Shown piece by piece: positions 1 to 9,421 of a stretch of 46,924 nucleotides of DNA (its first letter is position 1; every line of letters starts with the position of its first letter). Source of the DNA: a virus. Its lineage: Duplodnaviria; Caudoviricetes. A model generated the notes under the pieces. The model was not told the origin of the DNA, did not search any database, and saw only the letters and a program-made list of their open reading frames with translations. The stretch is from positions 1 through 46,924 of IMG/VR virus record IMGVR_UViG_3300036778_000085; one strand, written 5' to 3'. Made by a program: the position numbers and the translations under genes.

Positions 1-255
1 GCCCTCGGGCTTGTAGCGCCAATGTTCGGTGAACTTGGCCGAGATCGCCGCGGCCTCGTCATCGAGCGGGACCATGTCCGGAGTGGGATCGCCGGTGAAC
101 TCGATATCGCGCGGCTGACCGTCGCCCTGGCGCACGATGATCTGGCCGTCTTTATTGTCGGTCGAGCCCCAAGACTCGGTCCAGTCGCCCGGATCGTGGG
201 GGTTGAGGTAGAGTGGGACCGCGAACTTGACGCGCTTCGGCCGCCCCGTTGTGCG
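1..255. repeat. Terminal direct repeat (left copy), circular assembly overlap
   Basis: 1-255 matches 46670-46924 except C46/T46715; it cuts through a gene. Confidence 0.95.
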
Positions 256-330
256 ATCGGTTTCGTTGTATTCCCACTCCGCGGTACCGGTGTTGAGGTA
301 GTGCGGAGCCATTAAACGCCAGCGGGCCAT
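1..330 (-). CDS. 5' part of junction-spanning hypothetical virion-module protein (~165 aa, MARWRLMAPHYLNTGTAEWEY...)
   Basis: ATG at 330 with AAGGAC upstream; open in frame across the circular junction into 46502-46804. Confidence 0.75.
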   Translation of the reverse strand, partial: MARWRLMAPHYLNTGTAEWEYNETDRTTGRPKRVKFAVPLYLNPHDPGDWTESWGSTDNKDGQIIVRQGDGQPRDIEFTGDPTPDMVPLDDEAAAISAKFTEHWRYKPEG

Positions 331-341
331 GGAAGGTGTCC

Positions 342-800
342 TTATCGGGTGCGATACCAGGTGGCGTTTGCAGCATGATACTGAAACACCACCGGGGTCA
401 GCGCGGTTAGAGTCTGCGACGTGTACGCCGCGTGAAGGGTATTGCCAGTACCAGCCGCGACTGTGACCATTGTCGTCAGTGTCGTATCGGTGTCGAGGGT
501 GATGATCTCACCGTCGAACGCGAAGGTTGCGTTCGGGAAAGTCACCGTCCAAGAGGTTGGCGCCGTCGAGATCCACATCAAAGTGCCGCCCAAGGCATTG
601 GCTGTTGCTGCACCAGTACCAGACTGGATCGCGAAGGCCGTGCCATTACGAACAGTGTTGATGTTGAGATAATTTGACGGGCCGCCAGGGCCCTGACCAG
701 CAGACCAAACCTCATTACCTGAGACGTGTTGCTGGATTACAGTCTGGGCGAAAGCTGGGGCCACGAGGGCCCACAGCAAGAGTGCGAGGAGGTCGCGCAT
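342..800 (-). CDS. Signal-peptide-bearing beta-rich head decoration/fibre-like protein
   Basis: ATG at 800 in TGATG overlap with upstream stop; MRDLLALLLWALVAPAFA|Q; Thr/Gly-rich mature part. Confidence 0.75.
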   Translation of the reverse strand: MRDLLALLLWALVAPAFAQTVIQQHVSGNEVWSAGQGPGGPSNYLNINTVRNGTAFAIQSGTGAATANALGGTLMWISTAPTSWTVTFPNATFAFDGEIITLDTDTTLTTMVTVAAGTGNTLHAAYTSQTLTALTPVVFQYHAANATWYRTR

Positions 801-1357
801 CAGTTCGCGACCGTCACGCCGGCGACATAGCCGGAATATGCACCAGTGGCGCCGATGATCTGATCGTCGCGGTCGATAACAATCTGGGCTTCGATGCCGC
901 CTGCGGTGTGAGTGCCAACGTTGATATAAGTCAACTGAAGGAAGCGCGGCAGGGGCTGTCCAGGGACAGGCCGTGGGACATCGATATTGGCAATCTGAGT
1001 GCCGATGGTGAGGTTGGCTTCGAGATATACCTCGGAGGTCCACATCGGAGTGTAGGTGCCGGGGGCGCCGGTACCATCGTCGGGAGCACCACTCAAAGTG
1101 AGTTGGAGCGAGGTCCCGCCGGTGAAGGCCGTCGTGCAGATCGCCGACAGCTTGAGCATCGGATCGTCACCGACGCCAATGTCGCGTGCGCCACCGCCAT
1201 TGGCCGAGGACGGCACACCGGAGGTGATGCCGAGATCGACTACGTTGGAAGCAACATTGGTGCCGGTGTTGAGGAAGTCGGTCCATGCGCCAGAAGCCGG
1301 TGAGCCAGCGTTGCCGTTCGCCGAGCCCGTGAAAGTAAGTAGCCCGTCAAGAATCAT
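800..1357 (-). CDS. Capsid cement/decoration protein (BPP-1 Bbp16-like)
   Basis: Directly after MCP; MILD...SNVVDLG...RDIGVG...RFLQLTY pattern. Confidence 0.75.
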   Translation of the reverse strand: MILDGLLTFTGSANGNAGSPASGAWTDFLNTGTNVASNVVDLGITSGVPSSANGGGARDIGVGDDPMLKLSAICTTAFTGGTSLQLTLSGAPDDGTGAPGTYTPMWTSEVYLEANLTIGTQIANIDVPRPVPGQPLPRFLQLTYINVGTHTAGGIEAQIVIDRDDQIIGATGAYSGYVAGVTVAN

Positions 1358-1388
1358 AGCAAGATTCCCTTAAATTAGAGTGAAGACT

Positions 1389-2435
1389 TTAGGTCACATT
1401 GGTTTCGTTGGAGACGATCGCGTCACAGGTCCGGACTGGAATGCCGCGGAAGGTGGTGACAACCTTGCCGTCGAACTCTTCAAGACGAAGCAAGACGTTG
1501 GTCTTGTTCATTGCCTGAAGATCGAGGTAGGTGCGAACCACGCGGTTGGCATAGATCGCGACCCGGCCCATGTTGGCGCGGACCTCAGGGGTGTCCGAGG
1601 TCTGGATGGCGGTGGCCATTGCCGGCGCGGTCGGTAGGCGGTAGAGTCCGCGGACGATGAGGTTGATCAGGTTGGCCGCCGAGACGCCGGTGAGCTGGGT
1701 CACGTCGATGTTGGCGATCCGGACCATATAGCGCCAGTCGCGGAGGACGAGGCCGATCTCCCACTTGAAGTGGTCGCGGTAGGCCTGATAGGTATTGCCG
1801 GCCGAGTCTTGAACGGGCCACTCGCCCATGTCACGATGTTGAAGGCCGGTGATCTTGCCCTTGGGGAAGGTGGCATGGAGCGTGTCCGAGCCCCAGGTGG
1901 AGATCCACAGCGATGTGTTGGTGTTGTTGGTGCCGCCGCCGGAGAGCACGTTGTTCGCGGTCTGCGAATTCGACGTGTTCAAAGTGGAGTAGCGCGGCGC
2001 GAAACCGGTGAAGCGCTCGGGGTTGAGGTGTTGGTTGCCGTAGATCAGCGTTGAGGCAACCTGCTGGGACATCCCTTCGAGGAAGGCCTTCACTTCGGAA
2101 AGGCGAAACTCGGGGGTGTTGCCGTTGAGATCGGCGATGTCTTTGTCGATGACCGCGTAGGTTTCGAGGTTGCCGCAGGTGTCGACGATCTGCGCCGTGG
2201 TGGATTTGGCGTTGGGCACGCCAGAGTTCAAGAGGCGCCAGGTCGCTTGGGGCAGGCCGGTGCGGACCGTGGTTTTGTGTCCGGTCGGCAGGTTGCCTTC
2301 CATGACGAGCATGTCGTCGAGGATCTCGTTGGTCTGGGATAGGATTTCGACAATGGTCGCGACGCGATAGCCGTCGTCCATCCTTTTGGCCCAGTCGGCG
2401 TAGGTAAGAGCGGTTGCTCCGACAATTTGTGGCAT
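1389..2435 (-). CDS. Major capsid protein (BPP-1 Bbp17-like)
   Basis: 348 aa; EILSQTNEILDDM, EGNLPTGHKTTVRTGLP, FRGIPVRTCDAI motifs; AAGGA RBS. Confidence 0.92.
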   Translation of the reverse strand: MPQIVGATALTYADWAKRMDDGYRVATIVEILSQTNEILDDMLVMEGNLPTGHKTTVRTGLPQATWRLLNSGVPNAKSTTAQIVDTCGNLETYAVIDKDIADLNGNTPEFRLSEVKAFLEGMSQQVASTLIYGNQHLNPERFTGFAPRYSTLNTSNSQTANNVLSGGGTNNTNTSLWISTWGSDTLHATFPKGKITGLQHRDMGEWPVQDSAGNTYQAYRDHFKWEIGLVLRDWRYMVRIANIDVTQLTGVSAANLINLIVRGLYRLPTAPAMATAIQTSDTPEVRANMGRVAIYANRVVRTYLDLQAMNKTNVLLRLEEFDGKVVTTFRGIPVRTCDAIVSNETNVT

Positions 2436-2506
2436 TAGTAGGGTCCTTAGTTAGTGGTGGCTCGTGTAGGTCTGAGCAATCGCCGTTCGTCCGCCATGCG
2501 GCCCTA

Positions 2507-3130
2507 CTATCGTGCGAGGTGAGGATACATCGAAGCCGCAGCGGACGGGCGCGAGGAATCCTTAACTGGGGCAGGACCACCGCCGGTGACGTGGGTCCCT
2601 TCGTTGAGCTTTTGAGCAAGACTGTAGAAAGCCTTAACGAATACCGGGTTGTTGCCGATGCCAGTGGCGTTCATTTCGGTCTGGAAAGCTTGGCGGAGCT
2701 TCGGGTCCATGTGGGTCAGAGCGCGGCCGATGTCCTGTTGGACCTGAGGTAGTTTGGAGCCGATCTCGGGGTCGGCTTTGAGCTGAGATTCCCACTCGGC
2801 GCGCTGGGCGGCGATCGCCTGTTCCTGTGAGGTCTTGAAACTCTGGTCGCGCTGGAACTGTAGGTCCATCAACTTTTGGGCCTGAGCCTGAGTGAGCCCA
2901 AGTTCTTTGAAGACGGCGTTAGCGCTTTCGACTGCTGCGGTGTCAGCGGTGTAGCCCTCGGGGACGACGTAGTCAGAGTATTTTTCAGGGGCGCCGGCCG
3001 GGGCAGCGGTGGGTTCAGCGGGGGCATCGGGCTTAGGCTCCGGGCTCAGGATCGTCGAGGAAGGCTCCTTCAGCGTCCCATCCGGCGTCCTCGCGTCGGG
3101 AGAGTTCGGCAATGGCGGTTGATCGGACAC
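2507..3130 (-). CDS. Head scaffolding protein
   Basis: Pro-rich N-terminus, KELGLTQAQAQKL, GNNP motif, C-terminal MYP; directly upstream of MCP. Confidence 0.75.
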   Translation of the reverse strand: MSDQPPLPNSPDARTPDGTLKEPSSTILSPEPKPDAPAEPTAAPAGAPEKYSDYVVPEGYTADTAAVESANAVFKELGLTQAQAQKLMDLQFQRDQSFKTSQEQAIAAQRAEWESQLKADPEIGSKLPQVQQDIGRALTHMDPKLRQAFQTEMNATGIGNNPVFVKAFYSLAQKLNEGTHVTGGGPAPVKDSSRPSAAASMYPHLAR

Positions 3131-3413
3131 TGTTGGCTTCCTTTATCATCTGGATGTAGTTGTCGGGGGCCCACTGAGTAATTTCAGCAAAGAGCTTGAG
3201 CCCGACGTTGCGTTCACCTTTGAGGTATGCTTCGGTCAGGGCTTGGCCGGAGAACGGATCGGAGAACAGGTGGCAGAACTCAAGAAGATCATAGAGCCAA
3301 GTGCGGCCCTCGCGAGTGGACATGGCGGCGATCAAGAAGTTTCGGCGGGATTCTTCTCGAACCTTGGCGAGCTTTTCGGCCTCGCGGACTTCTTTGCGGG
3401 ATCCGGCGTTCAT
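3033..3413 (-). CDS. Conserved head-module protein (Bbp19-like)
   Basis: EGRTWLYDLLEFC...AYLKGERNVGL pattern; ATG at 3413. Confidence 0.7.
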   Translation of the reverse strand: MNAGSRKEVREAEKLAKVREESRRNFLIAAMSTREGRTWLYDLLEFCHLFSDPFSGQALTEAYLKGERNVGLKLFAEITQWAPDNYIQMIKEANSVRSTAIAELSRREDAGWDAEGAFLDDPEPGA

Positions 3414-3505
3414 CAGTGTGCGATAGAATAGGCAAACCAGACTGTGGTGACGATCACACACAGACCTAGAAGGGCAGTGATGACAATAACATTAAGATTG
3501 ATCAT
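3413..3505 (-). CDS. 30-aa single-transmembrane peptide
   Basis: MINLNVIVITALLGLCVIVTTVWFAYSIAH; ATGA and TGATG overlaps with both neighbours. Confidence 0.65.
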   Translation of the reverse strand: MINLNVIVITALLGLCVIVTTVWFAYSIAH

Positions 3506-5237
3506 TGGCCACCCTGCATCTGTTGGAGTGCGTTCTGGCCGCCGCCCACATCGGTCTTTGACAAGTTGGCGGCGCCCTGCGAAAGCTTCTGTGCGATGTC
3601 GGCCTGTTGGGCCTGGGCTTGTTGCTGGGCACGCTGCTGGCGGATACCTTGAAGAGCATCGGGCGCTCGAATCATCCTAGGATCATTGCCTAACAGAGAG
3701 GAGTATTTGTCAACAGCAAAATCGATATCGATGTTGTCCATGACCGAAGGATCGACACCGACGAGGCCACCGGTGATTTGGAACAAGCGCTCGATGCCGG
3801 CGGCCTGGGTTGCTTGTTGAGCCTGGGCCAAGACAGAGACGAACTCAATGTTCATCATCTGGCCCTGGATCTCAGCGGGGGCCGGTGGGAGGATGCCGGC
3901 GCGGTTGGCGATGGCGAAGACTCGTTCAAGCACGGGCTTGAGGACTTCAAAGTCGATCCGTTCGAGAACAGGGCCAAGCATCACGAGGGATTCGCTCTTG
4001 CGTAGGTCCCATTCAACGGCGGTGACGTTGGATCGAGTTTCGTACTGTGACGCAACACGAAGGACATCGTTGAAGAAGATCTGCGACAGGCGCGATTTGA
4101 CCTCGGCGAGATCAGCGGTGATCTCTTGGACAGGGAATTTGGTTTCGTAGACAGAGGCGAAGCCAGGCTTGCCCCCAGCAGCAAAGCCTTGGACGTAGGT
4201 AATGCCGCCCGGAGTTAAGTTCGCCGGCTGGTTTTTAAGTTGGACATCGGCGACAAGCGGGGGATTGACCATCTTGTCAATGGCCTGGGCTTTGCGCCGA
4301 GTTTCAAGCTGGACTTGCTTCTGATCGGGGAGGGCATCCATTCCTGGGGAGCGGCCGTAGGGATCGTTGGAGACGATATCCCAGCGGCCCATGATGGCGG
4401 GCTGTTCGTAGTAGCCGCTGCGTCGGAGGAAACCGGGAGGGGCCGCAGCGCCACCTTGAGGTGAGGTTGACCCGCCCCATTCCCAGTAGCATTCTCGATA
4501 GGCGAAGCGATCGGAGAAGCCGAATTCGCGGCCGCGCCCGTCGTTGTTGGGTTCGATCGAATGCGCCACGATCAGTTCGCGGGTGCGGTTGGCGCCGCCC
4601 GGATCGTCGTAGAGCTGGAGGATCGGCGCGGAGACGTTCTCGCGGCCGAACTTCGACACGACAGCGTCGACGGTCATTGTGAACTCTCGGTAGAACACCG
4701 TCGGGAAGTAGTCGCCGTCGATGTCGATGTAGTACTCGCCGAGGCAGGGGTTGACGCAGTTGATGACGTTGTCGAAGTGTTCGTAGATCAACAGGGCGGC
4801 GGTGCCGAAGATCACAAGGTCGTAGTAGAACACGCCGATGGCGTTGTAGAAGTTCGATTCGGAAAAGATCAGATAGAGGAGGCGCTCGCACTCAGAAAGC
4901 CACAAGCTCACAGGTGAAGTAGTAGTCGAATCTAACCGACCGATCTTCAGTTTGAACCACTGTGATGTGGGTGACGACTTTCCACTTACCAAACCAGAGG
5001 CCAGGTTGCGAGCAAAGATCACCCCACTGGAGTCGAGGATATGTTGGTTGATCGGTGCTCCGCGCGCCATCTGGTTTGGTGTGATCAGCCATTTGTATCT
5101 CCGGGGGAGGAAGTAGTCAGCTATAGTTCCCTCCAGTGTACCCACCAGGAGTACCGATTTACGCGCAGGGCGATGAGGCGGCCTTCCGAATAGGAATGCA
5201 GCGCCCAGTCTTGGGGGGAGGGATTAGTTTGTGCCAT
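3502..5237 (-). CDS. Portal (head-tail connector) protein, frameshifted near 5121-5126
   Basis: YGRSPGMDAL, NPPL, VTAVE motifs; start at 5237 (TAATG overlap) reads ...WWVHWREL then TAG, and the body resumes in another frame as ADYFLPRRY. Confidence 0.9.
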
Positions 5238-5743
5238 TAAAGAACCTCGACGAATTCTTTACCAAAGGCGGTACAGGCGGCAGAATACCAAACGGAGTGA
5301 GCTTCTTCAGCGGTTTCGAACGAGCCCAGGTATTTGCTGACGCCATTGATTTGAATCTTAGCGATGTAAGGCTTAAGATATTTGGTATCGAAGGTCACGC
5401 CTTTAAAGCCTGTGGAGTTGCCATTGCTTTCTCGATTGACCCGATTCTGACTGCCGGTAGCTTCGCGAAGATTATCCCAACGATCATCAGCGCGCTTTCG
5501 ATTGATGTGATCTACTTCGCCGACTGGCCATTCACCGGTCATATAGAAGAAAGCAAGGCGGCTTGATTGGTAATCACAGCCATCGATTTTGATGTACCAA
5601 TAGCCTGTGGACTGTTTTAAGCAACCAGCGCGGGAATGTTCCATCCAAGGCTTACGAGGCGGCGCGATTTTATAGATCCAGATACCAGTCTCGGGATCGT
5701 AGTTTAAAAGGCGCTTGAGATGCTCGTGGGATAATCTAGCCAA
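5237..5743 (-). mobile_element. HNH homing endonuclease with AP2 DNA-binding domain
   Basis: LLNYDPETG; VDHINRKRADDRWDNLREAT; C-terminal FKGV...YLGSFETAEEA; lower GC. Confidence 0.88.
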
Positions 5744-5912
5744 CGGGTTGATCCTGGGTTGGGATGGAGTCGAGCTTGGCCGAGGTTCCGGTCGAAGGTT
5801 GAGAGATGAGGCGGCCCTCGGAATGCATTTGGGCAGCGGCCATGAGTGCGAACTGCGATTGAGGCGGAGCCACAGGTCGAGCCGCGGTCTTGCGAATTGG
5901 GACTACGGCCAT
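5736..5912 (-). CDS. Small hypothetical protein (58 aa)
   Basis: MAVVPIRKT...MHSEGRLI...; fills the gap between neighbours. Confidence 0.55.
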   Translation of the reverse strand: MAVVPIRKTAARPVAPPQSQFALMAAAQMHSEGRLISQPSTGTSAKLDSIPTQDQPVG

Positions 5913-5915
5913 GGG

Positions 5916-6179
5916 TCAGGCTCCCAGGAGGGTCTTTTGCCCAGTTGTGTTCCCTGGCTGCGGGGCGGCCGCTGCACTCAAGAATGACGGCGTGGCTGAC
6001 GGTGTATTGGGCGTGGCCGAGCCCTGTGGGGATTGTGCTGGAGCAGGTGTGGGCGGCACTGCAGTCGGAGTTGCGGCCGGAGTACCACCGGAAAGGGAAG
6101 AGGCCACACCACCGCCGATGAGGCCGAGGAGGCCAACGCCGATGGAAACAGGATCAAGAGCGAGGATGAGGTGGATCAT
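5916..6179 (-). CDS. Small virion-associated protein between terminase and portal
   Basis: Pro/Thr-rich, ends GQKTLLGA; ATGA overlap with terL. Confidence 0.65.
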   Translation of the reverse strand: MIHLILALDPVSIGVGLLGLIGGGVASSLSGGTPAATPTAVPPTPAPAQSPQGSATPNTPSATPSFLSAAAAPQPGNTTGQKTLLGA

Positions 6180-7681
6180 GCTACCATCCGTTCGGGTTCA
6201 AAGGGATTCCATTCAGTGACGACAAGATCACGGTGCGGGAATTCGCCGCCGGCTTGGGCGGAAGCAGCGAGGGGGCCTGCGAAGGTCAAGACGAGAGCGT
6301 CGAGATCATCCAAGAGGAGGCCGGGATTCTCGTCGAGGATGTCTTCTTTGGAGGTGAGTTGAATCTCGTCTTTTTTGTTAAAGGTGTATTTAATCGCGAG
6401 CATGGCGCGACGGAGGTCGGCATCGTTCGGAAGGGCGCCGGAAGAGAGCCAGGCGCGAAGTGCGCCGTACATGGCCGCCCGTTTGTTGGCGTAGCGCTCG
6501 CCTTGAGTGTCGAGAAGAACGCCGGTGATGTCGTCTTTGCCGCCGAACTGAACTTCGACGACGAACAAGCGCGATTGACGGCATTGATCGACGACACCAC
6601 CGCCGACGCCGCCACCGTCGATGAAGATCCCATCGGGGTGCCAAGCGGTGACGGCAGAGTGGATTTGGTTAGTTAGTGAGGTGGTCGAGATCCCGTTGAA
6701 GACTCGGCGCTCGATGGTGCGGGCATCACGGCCTTTGCGCGGAAAGATAACAGAGTTATTGCGTCCAAAGCGCGCGACGTCAACTCCAATTGCAAGTGGA
6801 GTAGCTCGGTCAGTGTAAGGGTCCTCGCACGACATAGCGCGGTCAATGTCCTCAGAGGAAAAGAATTCCATTTCGCCGCGGCGCGGAAATTGACCTAGAA
6901 CACGGATTCGGACGAAGTCGGAGTCTTCTCCATAGGCGCGGATCCATTTATTAAAGCGGTCTTTGTTGGTGACACGGACGGTTCGCGAGTCGATCTGGCG
7001 GTGATGCCAGAATTCTGCATGGGAGCCGCCGGCGAAACATTCGCGGAAGCGGCCGATCGAGCGAGTGGGGTTGCCGAAGACCAACCAGAGAATTTGTGTG
7101 TCGGCGTCGGTGAGGGCACCTTCAGCGGTTTCCCATATGAGATCGGCGATCTCGGAAGCTTCGTCAAAAATCAAGATGATGCGCTTGCCCTTGTTGTGGA
7201 GACCAGCGAAGGCGGCGGGGTTCTTCTCGGACCATGGCATGATGTCGATGCGCCAAGTGAACTTGCGTTCGGGGTCCTTGGAGAACAGGGCGGTGGCTTC
7301 GAGGTGGAAGTGCTCACGGGCGAACCAGCAGAGGTTGAACCATTTACCGAGCTCGGCCCAGGTTTTGGTTTTGAGCTGCGGCTCGGTATTGGCGGTGACC
7401 ACGCCGCGGCAATCAGGGAAAGTGCAGAAGGCCCAGAGAATGATCCAAGACACGGTGGCGGATTTTCCGATGCCGTGGCCCGAAGCGGTGGCGATTTGGA
7501 TCGCTTGGTTCCAATTGATGAGGCCGGCTTTGATCAAGGCGAAGAGTTCGCGGGACCATTCATCAGGGCCGATTTCGTTTTCAAGTGGGGTGCCAGGGAC
7601 GCCCCAGGGGTATGCGCCCAAGGTGAACGCCAAAGGATCGTCGCGGACTTCGGCCAGCCAGTTGAGGAGTTCGTCGTTCAT
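6176..7681 (-). CDS. terL: Terminase large subunit
   Basis: Walker A SGHGIGKS, Walker B ILIFDEAS, FGNP, nuclease GVDVARFG. Confidence 0.95.
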   Translation of the reverse strand: MNDELLNWLAEVRDDPLAFTLGAYPWGVPGTPLENEIGPDEWSRELFALIKAGLINWNQAIQIATASGHGIGKSATVSWIILWAFCTFPDCRGVVTANTEPQLKTKTWAELGKWFNLCWFAREHFHLEATALFSKDPERKFTWRIDIMPWSEKNPAAFAGLHNKGKRIILIFDEASEIADLIWETAEGALTDADTQILWLVFGNPTRSIGRFRECFAGGSHAEFWHHRQIDSRTVRVTNKDRFNKWIRAYGEDSDFVRIRVLGQFPRRGEMEFFSSEDIDRAMSCEDPYTDRATPLAIGVDVARFGRNNSVIFPRKGRDARTIERRVFNGISTTSLTNQIHSAVTAWHPDGIFIDGGGVGGGVVDQCRQSRLFVVEVQFGGKDDITGVLLDTQGERYANKRAAMYGALRAWLSSGALPNDADLRRAMLAIKYTFNKKDEIQLTSKEDILDENPGLLLDDLDALVLTFAGPLAASAQAGGEFPHRDLVVTEWNPFEPERMVA

Positions 7682-7687
7682 TTGGGC

Positions 7688-9421
7688 TCAGTTTGGAATC
7701 AGAAGTTGACGGAAGCCGGTGCCACCAGAATCGGCGGCACCGAATGTCACAGGGACGGGTGTGCCACCAGAGCCAGGGATGAAGAGACCAGCGGAGGCTG
7801 AGAGGGGGCCAAAGAACGAGGTACCACTGGGCCCAGTTTGGAACCAGCCGCCGCCACCAGTGGTACCGAAGAGGATGCCGGTGTCATTGAATAAGATTTG
7901 AGAGCCGATCGAATCTGCCGTGGTCGCGGCCGAGGAGATACGTGCTTTGACTAAGCCATCAGATGAATACCAATCGAAGGATTGAAGGCGGGCAAGGGAT
8001 ATGGCTTCGCCGTAGCCTGTGGCGGTATCAGAGCCATCGGTGCCAATCAACGCAAAATGATCGAACATAATCCCGGTTGAATAGGAGCCACAGGTCTGGT
8101 TCTCGTTACAGTTATTGATGAAACCAACGCCGAGAGACTGCGGGGTGCCGAAACTTAAGATGACGGTTTCGGTAGCGGCGCCGGAGATCGCTTCGGTCCA
8201 GACTATGCTCGGTGGCGAGTTGCCGATAGAGACATCGTTGTTGATGGCTTCGGCATAGATTGGTTGGTTGAGGGCCTTGAAGATTGTATTGGCGTTGATT
8301 TCGGCGGCGAGCCTTGCGGCGATGGTAAAGTTCGTGTCACCGGCAAGAACAGTATAGGAAACAGATTGCGGCGCGCCGGTGAAGCCGGTAGTTGCATTTA
8401 AGGTGATGACATCGCCAGCGGTGATGGTGCCGCCGATGAACGCGTTGAGGATATCTGGACGGCCGTTGGAATACCACTGATTGATTGACGCAGGGAGTTG
8501 GGATTGCCACCGGTATGGATCAAGATGTGGGGAGGGCCCGCCCTGACCAATGGCGTCGAATTCAGTCACTTGGGTGGTTCCAGCACCGGGGAAAGTCCGC
8601 CCTTCTCGATAATCAGTGATCAAGGTCGATTGAGCAGTATGGTCATCGTTGATACCGAAACCAGAGATGGCAAAGGAGAAGCCGCCAATGTTGTCTGAGG
8701 TTCGGACCCCGCCGGCGATTGCAGTGGGAGTACCAACATTGCCTAAGGTCGCTTGTTGAGCAACAGAGGTTGAGGCTTGAACAAGTCCTTCGAGCCAATC
8801 TTTAGCTTGAATATGGAAGAAGTCACCGCCGTCATTGGCGTTGAGATCGGCGCCAATGAAAGTTCGAACTGGGACGCGAAGGAGGTTTTGAGCTGCGGGA
8901 AATACATTTAATGACGGGGAGATTGGTGTGCCGGTTAGAGAGGAAAAGGCGCCGGGGGCCTGTGTTTGTTGTCCGATCGGAATTCCGTTGAGGGCTCCGG
9001 TTGTGATATTTGAAGCGTTGTCAGGATTGAGCACGTTGGATAGTGTGGTCCAAAGCCCGCGAAAAAATTGAACTATGGAAAGATTACCTTGGGCGCAGGT
9101 TGTGGGGGAATTTGGGCCGATGGAGTTACCATTGCCGCGGATTGTAAGTGTTGTGACGGCGCCGCCGGGACAGCCAATGTATACGAGTTGGCCATCGAAT
9201 GCAGGGAAGGGTAAGAGAATGGTCCAAGAGGTGATTGGCCCTTGGGCTAGAACTGAGAAGTTACCCGGAGAGTAGGCTTGTTTAAGTTGCGTGGTGATTG
9301 AAGAAGTGGCCTGGACTTCTACTACACCTGTTGCGTAGACAGGCGCGTTAAGGTAACCTTGGGCCAAGGCCGCGGAGGAGGAGGAGATGAAACAAAGAAA
9401 TAAAACAGCCAGAATTTTCAT
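7688..9421 (-). CDS. Signal-peptide-bearing tail spike/fibre-like protein (577 aa)
   Basis: ATG at 9421 (ATGA overlap); MKILAVLFLCFISSSSAALA|Q; IGQQTQAPGAFSSL fibre motif; C-terminal GAADSGGTGFRQLLIPN. Confidence 0.75.
   Translation of the reverse strand: MKILAVLFLCFISSSSAALAQGYLNAPVYATGVVEVQATSSITTQLKQAYSPGNFSVLAQGPITSWTILLPFPAFDGQLVYIGCPGGAVTTLTIRGNGNSIGPNSPTTCAQGNLSIVQFFRGLWTTLSNVLNPDNASNITTGALNGIPIGQQTQAPGAFSSLTGTPISPSLNVFPAAQNLLRVPVRTFIGADLNANDGGDFFHIQAKDWLEGLVQASTSVAQQATLGNVGTPTAIAGGVRTSDNIGGFSFAISGFGINDDHTAQSTLITDYREGRTFPGAGTTQVTEFDAIGQGGPSPHLDPYRWQSQLPASINQWYSNGRPDILNAFIGGTITAGDVITLNATTGFTGAPQSVSYTVLAGDTNFTIAARLAAEINANTIFKALNQPIYAEAINNDVSIGNSPPSIVWTEAISGAATETVILSFGTPQSLGVGFINNCNENQTCGSYSTGIMFDHFALIGTDGSDTATGYGEAISLARLQSFDWYSSDGLVKARISSAATTADSIGSQILFNDTGILFGTTGGGGWFQTGPSGTSFFGPLSASAGLFIPGSGGTPVPVTFGAADSGGTGFRQLLIPN

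Noticed and set aside
1-255. Terminal repeat as a biological T7-like direct terminal repeat
   Set aside because: It falls in the middle of a gene in the late operon; better explained as a circular assembly overlap
5121-5123. Amber stop recoding (alternative genetic code) to explain the portal TAG
   Set aside because: Reading through TAG stays in the wrong frame and soon hits TGA; TAG ends other genes normally
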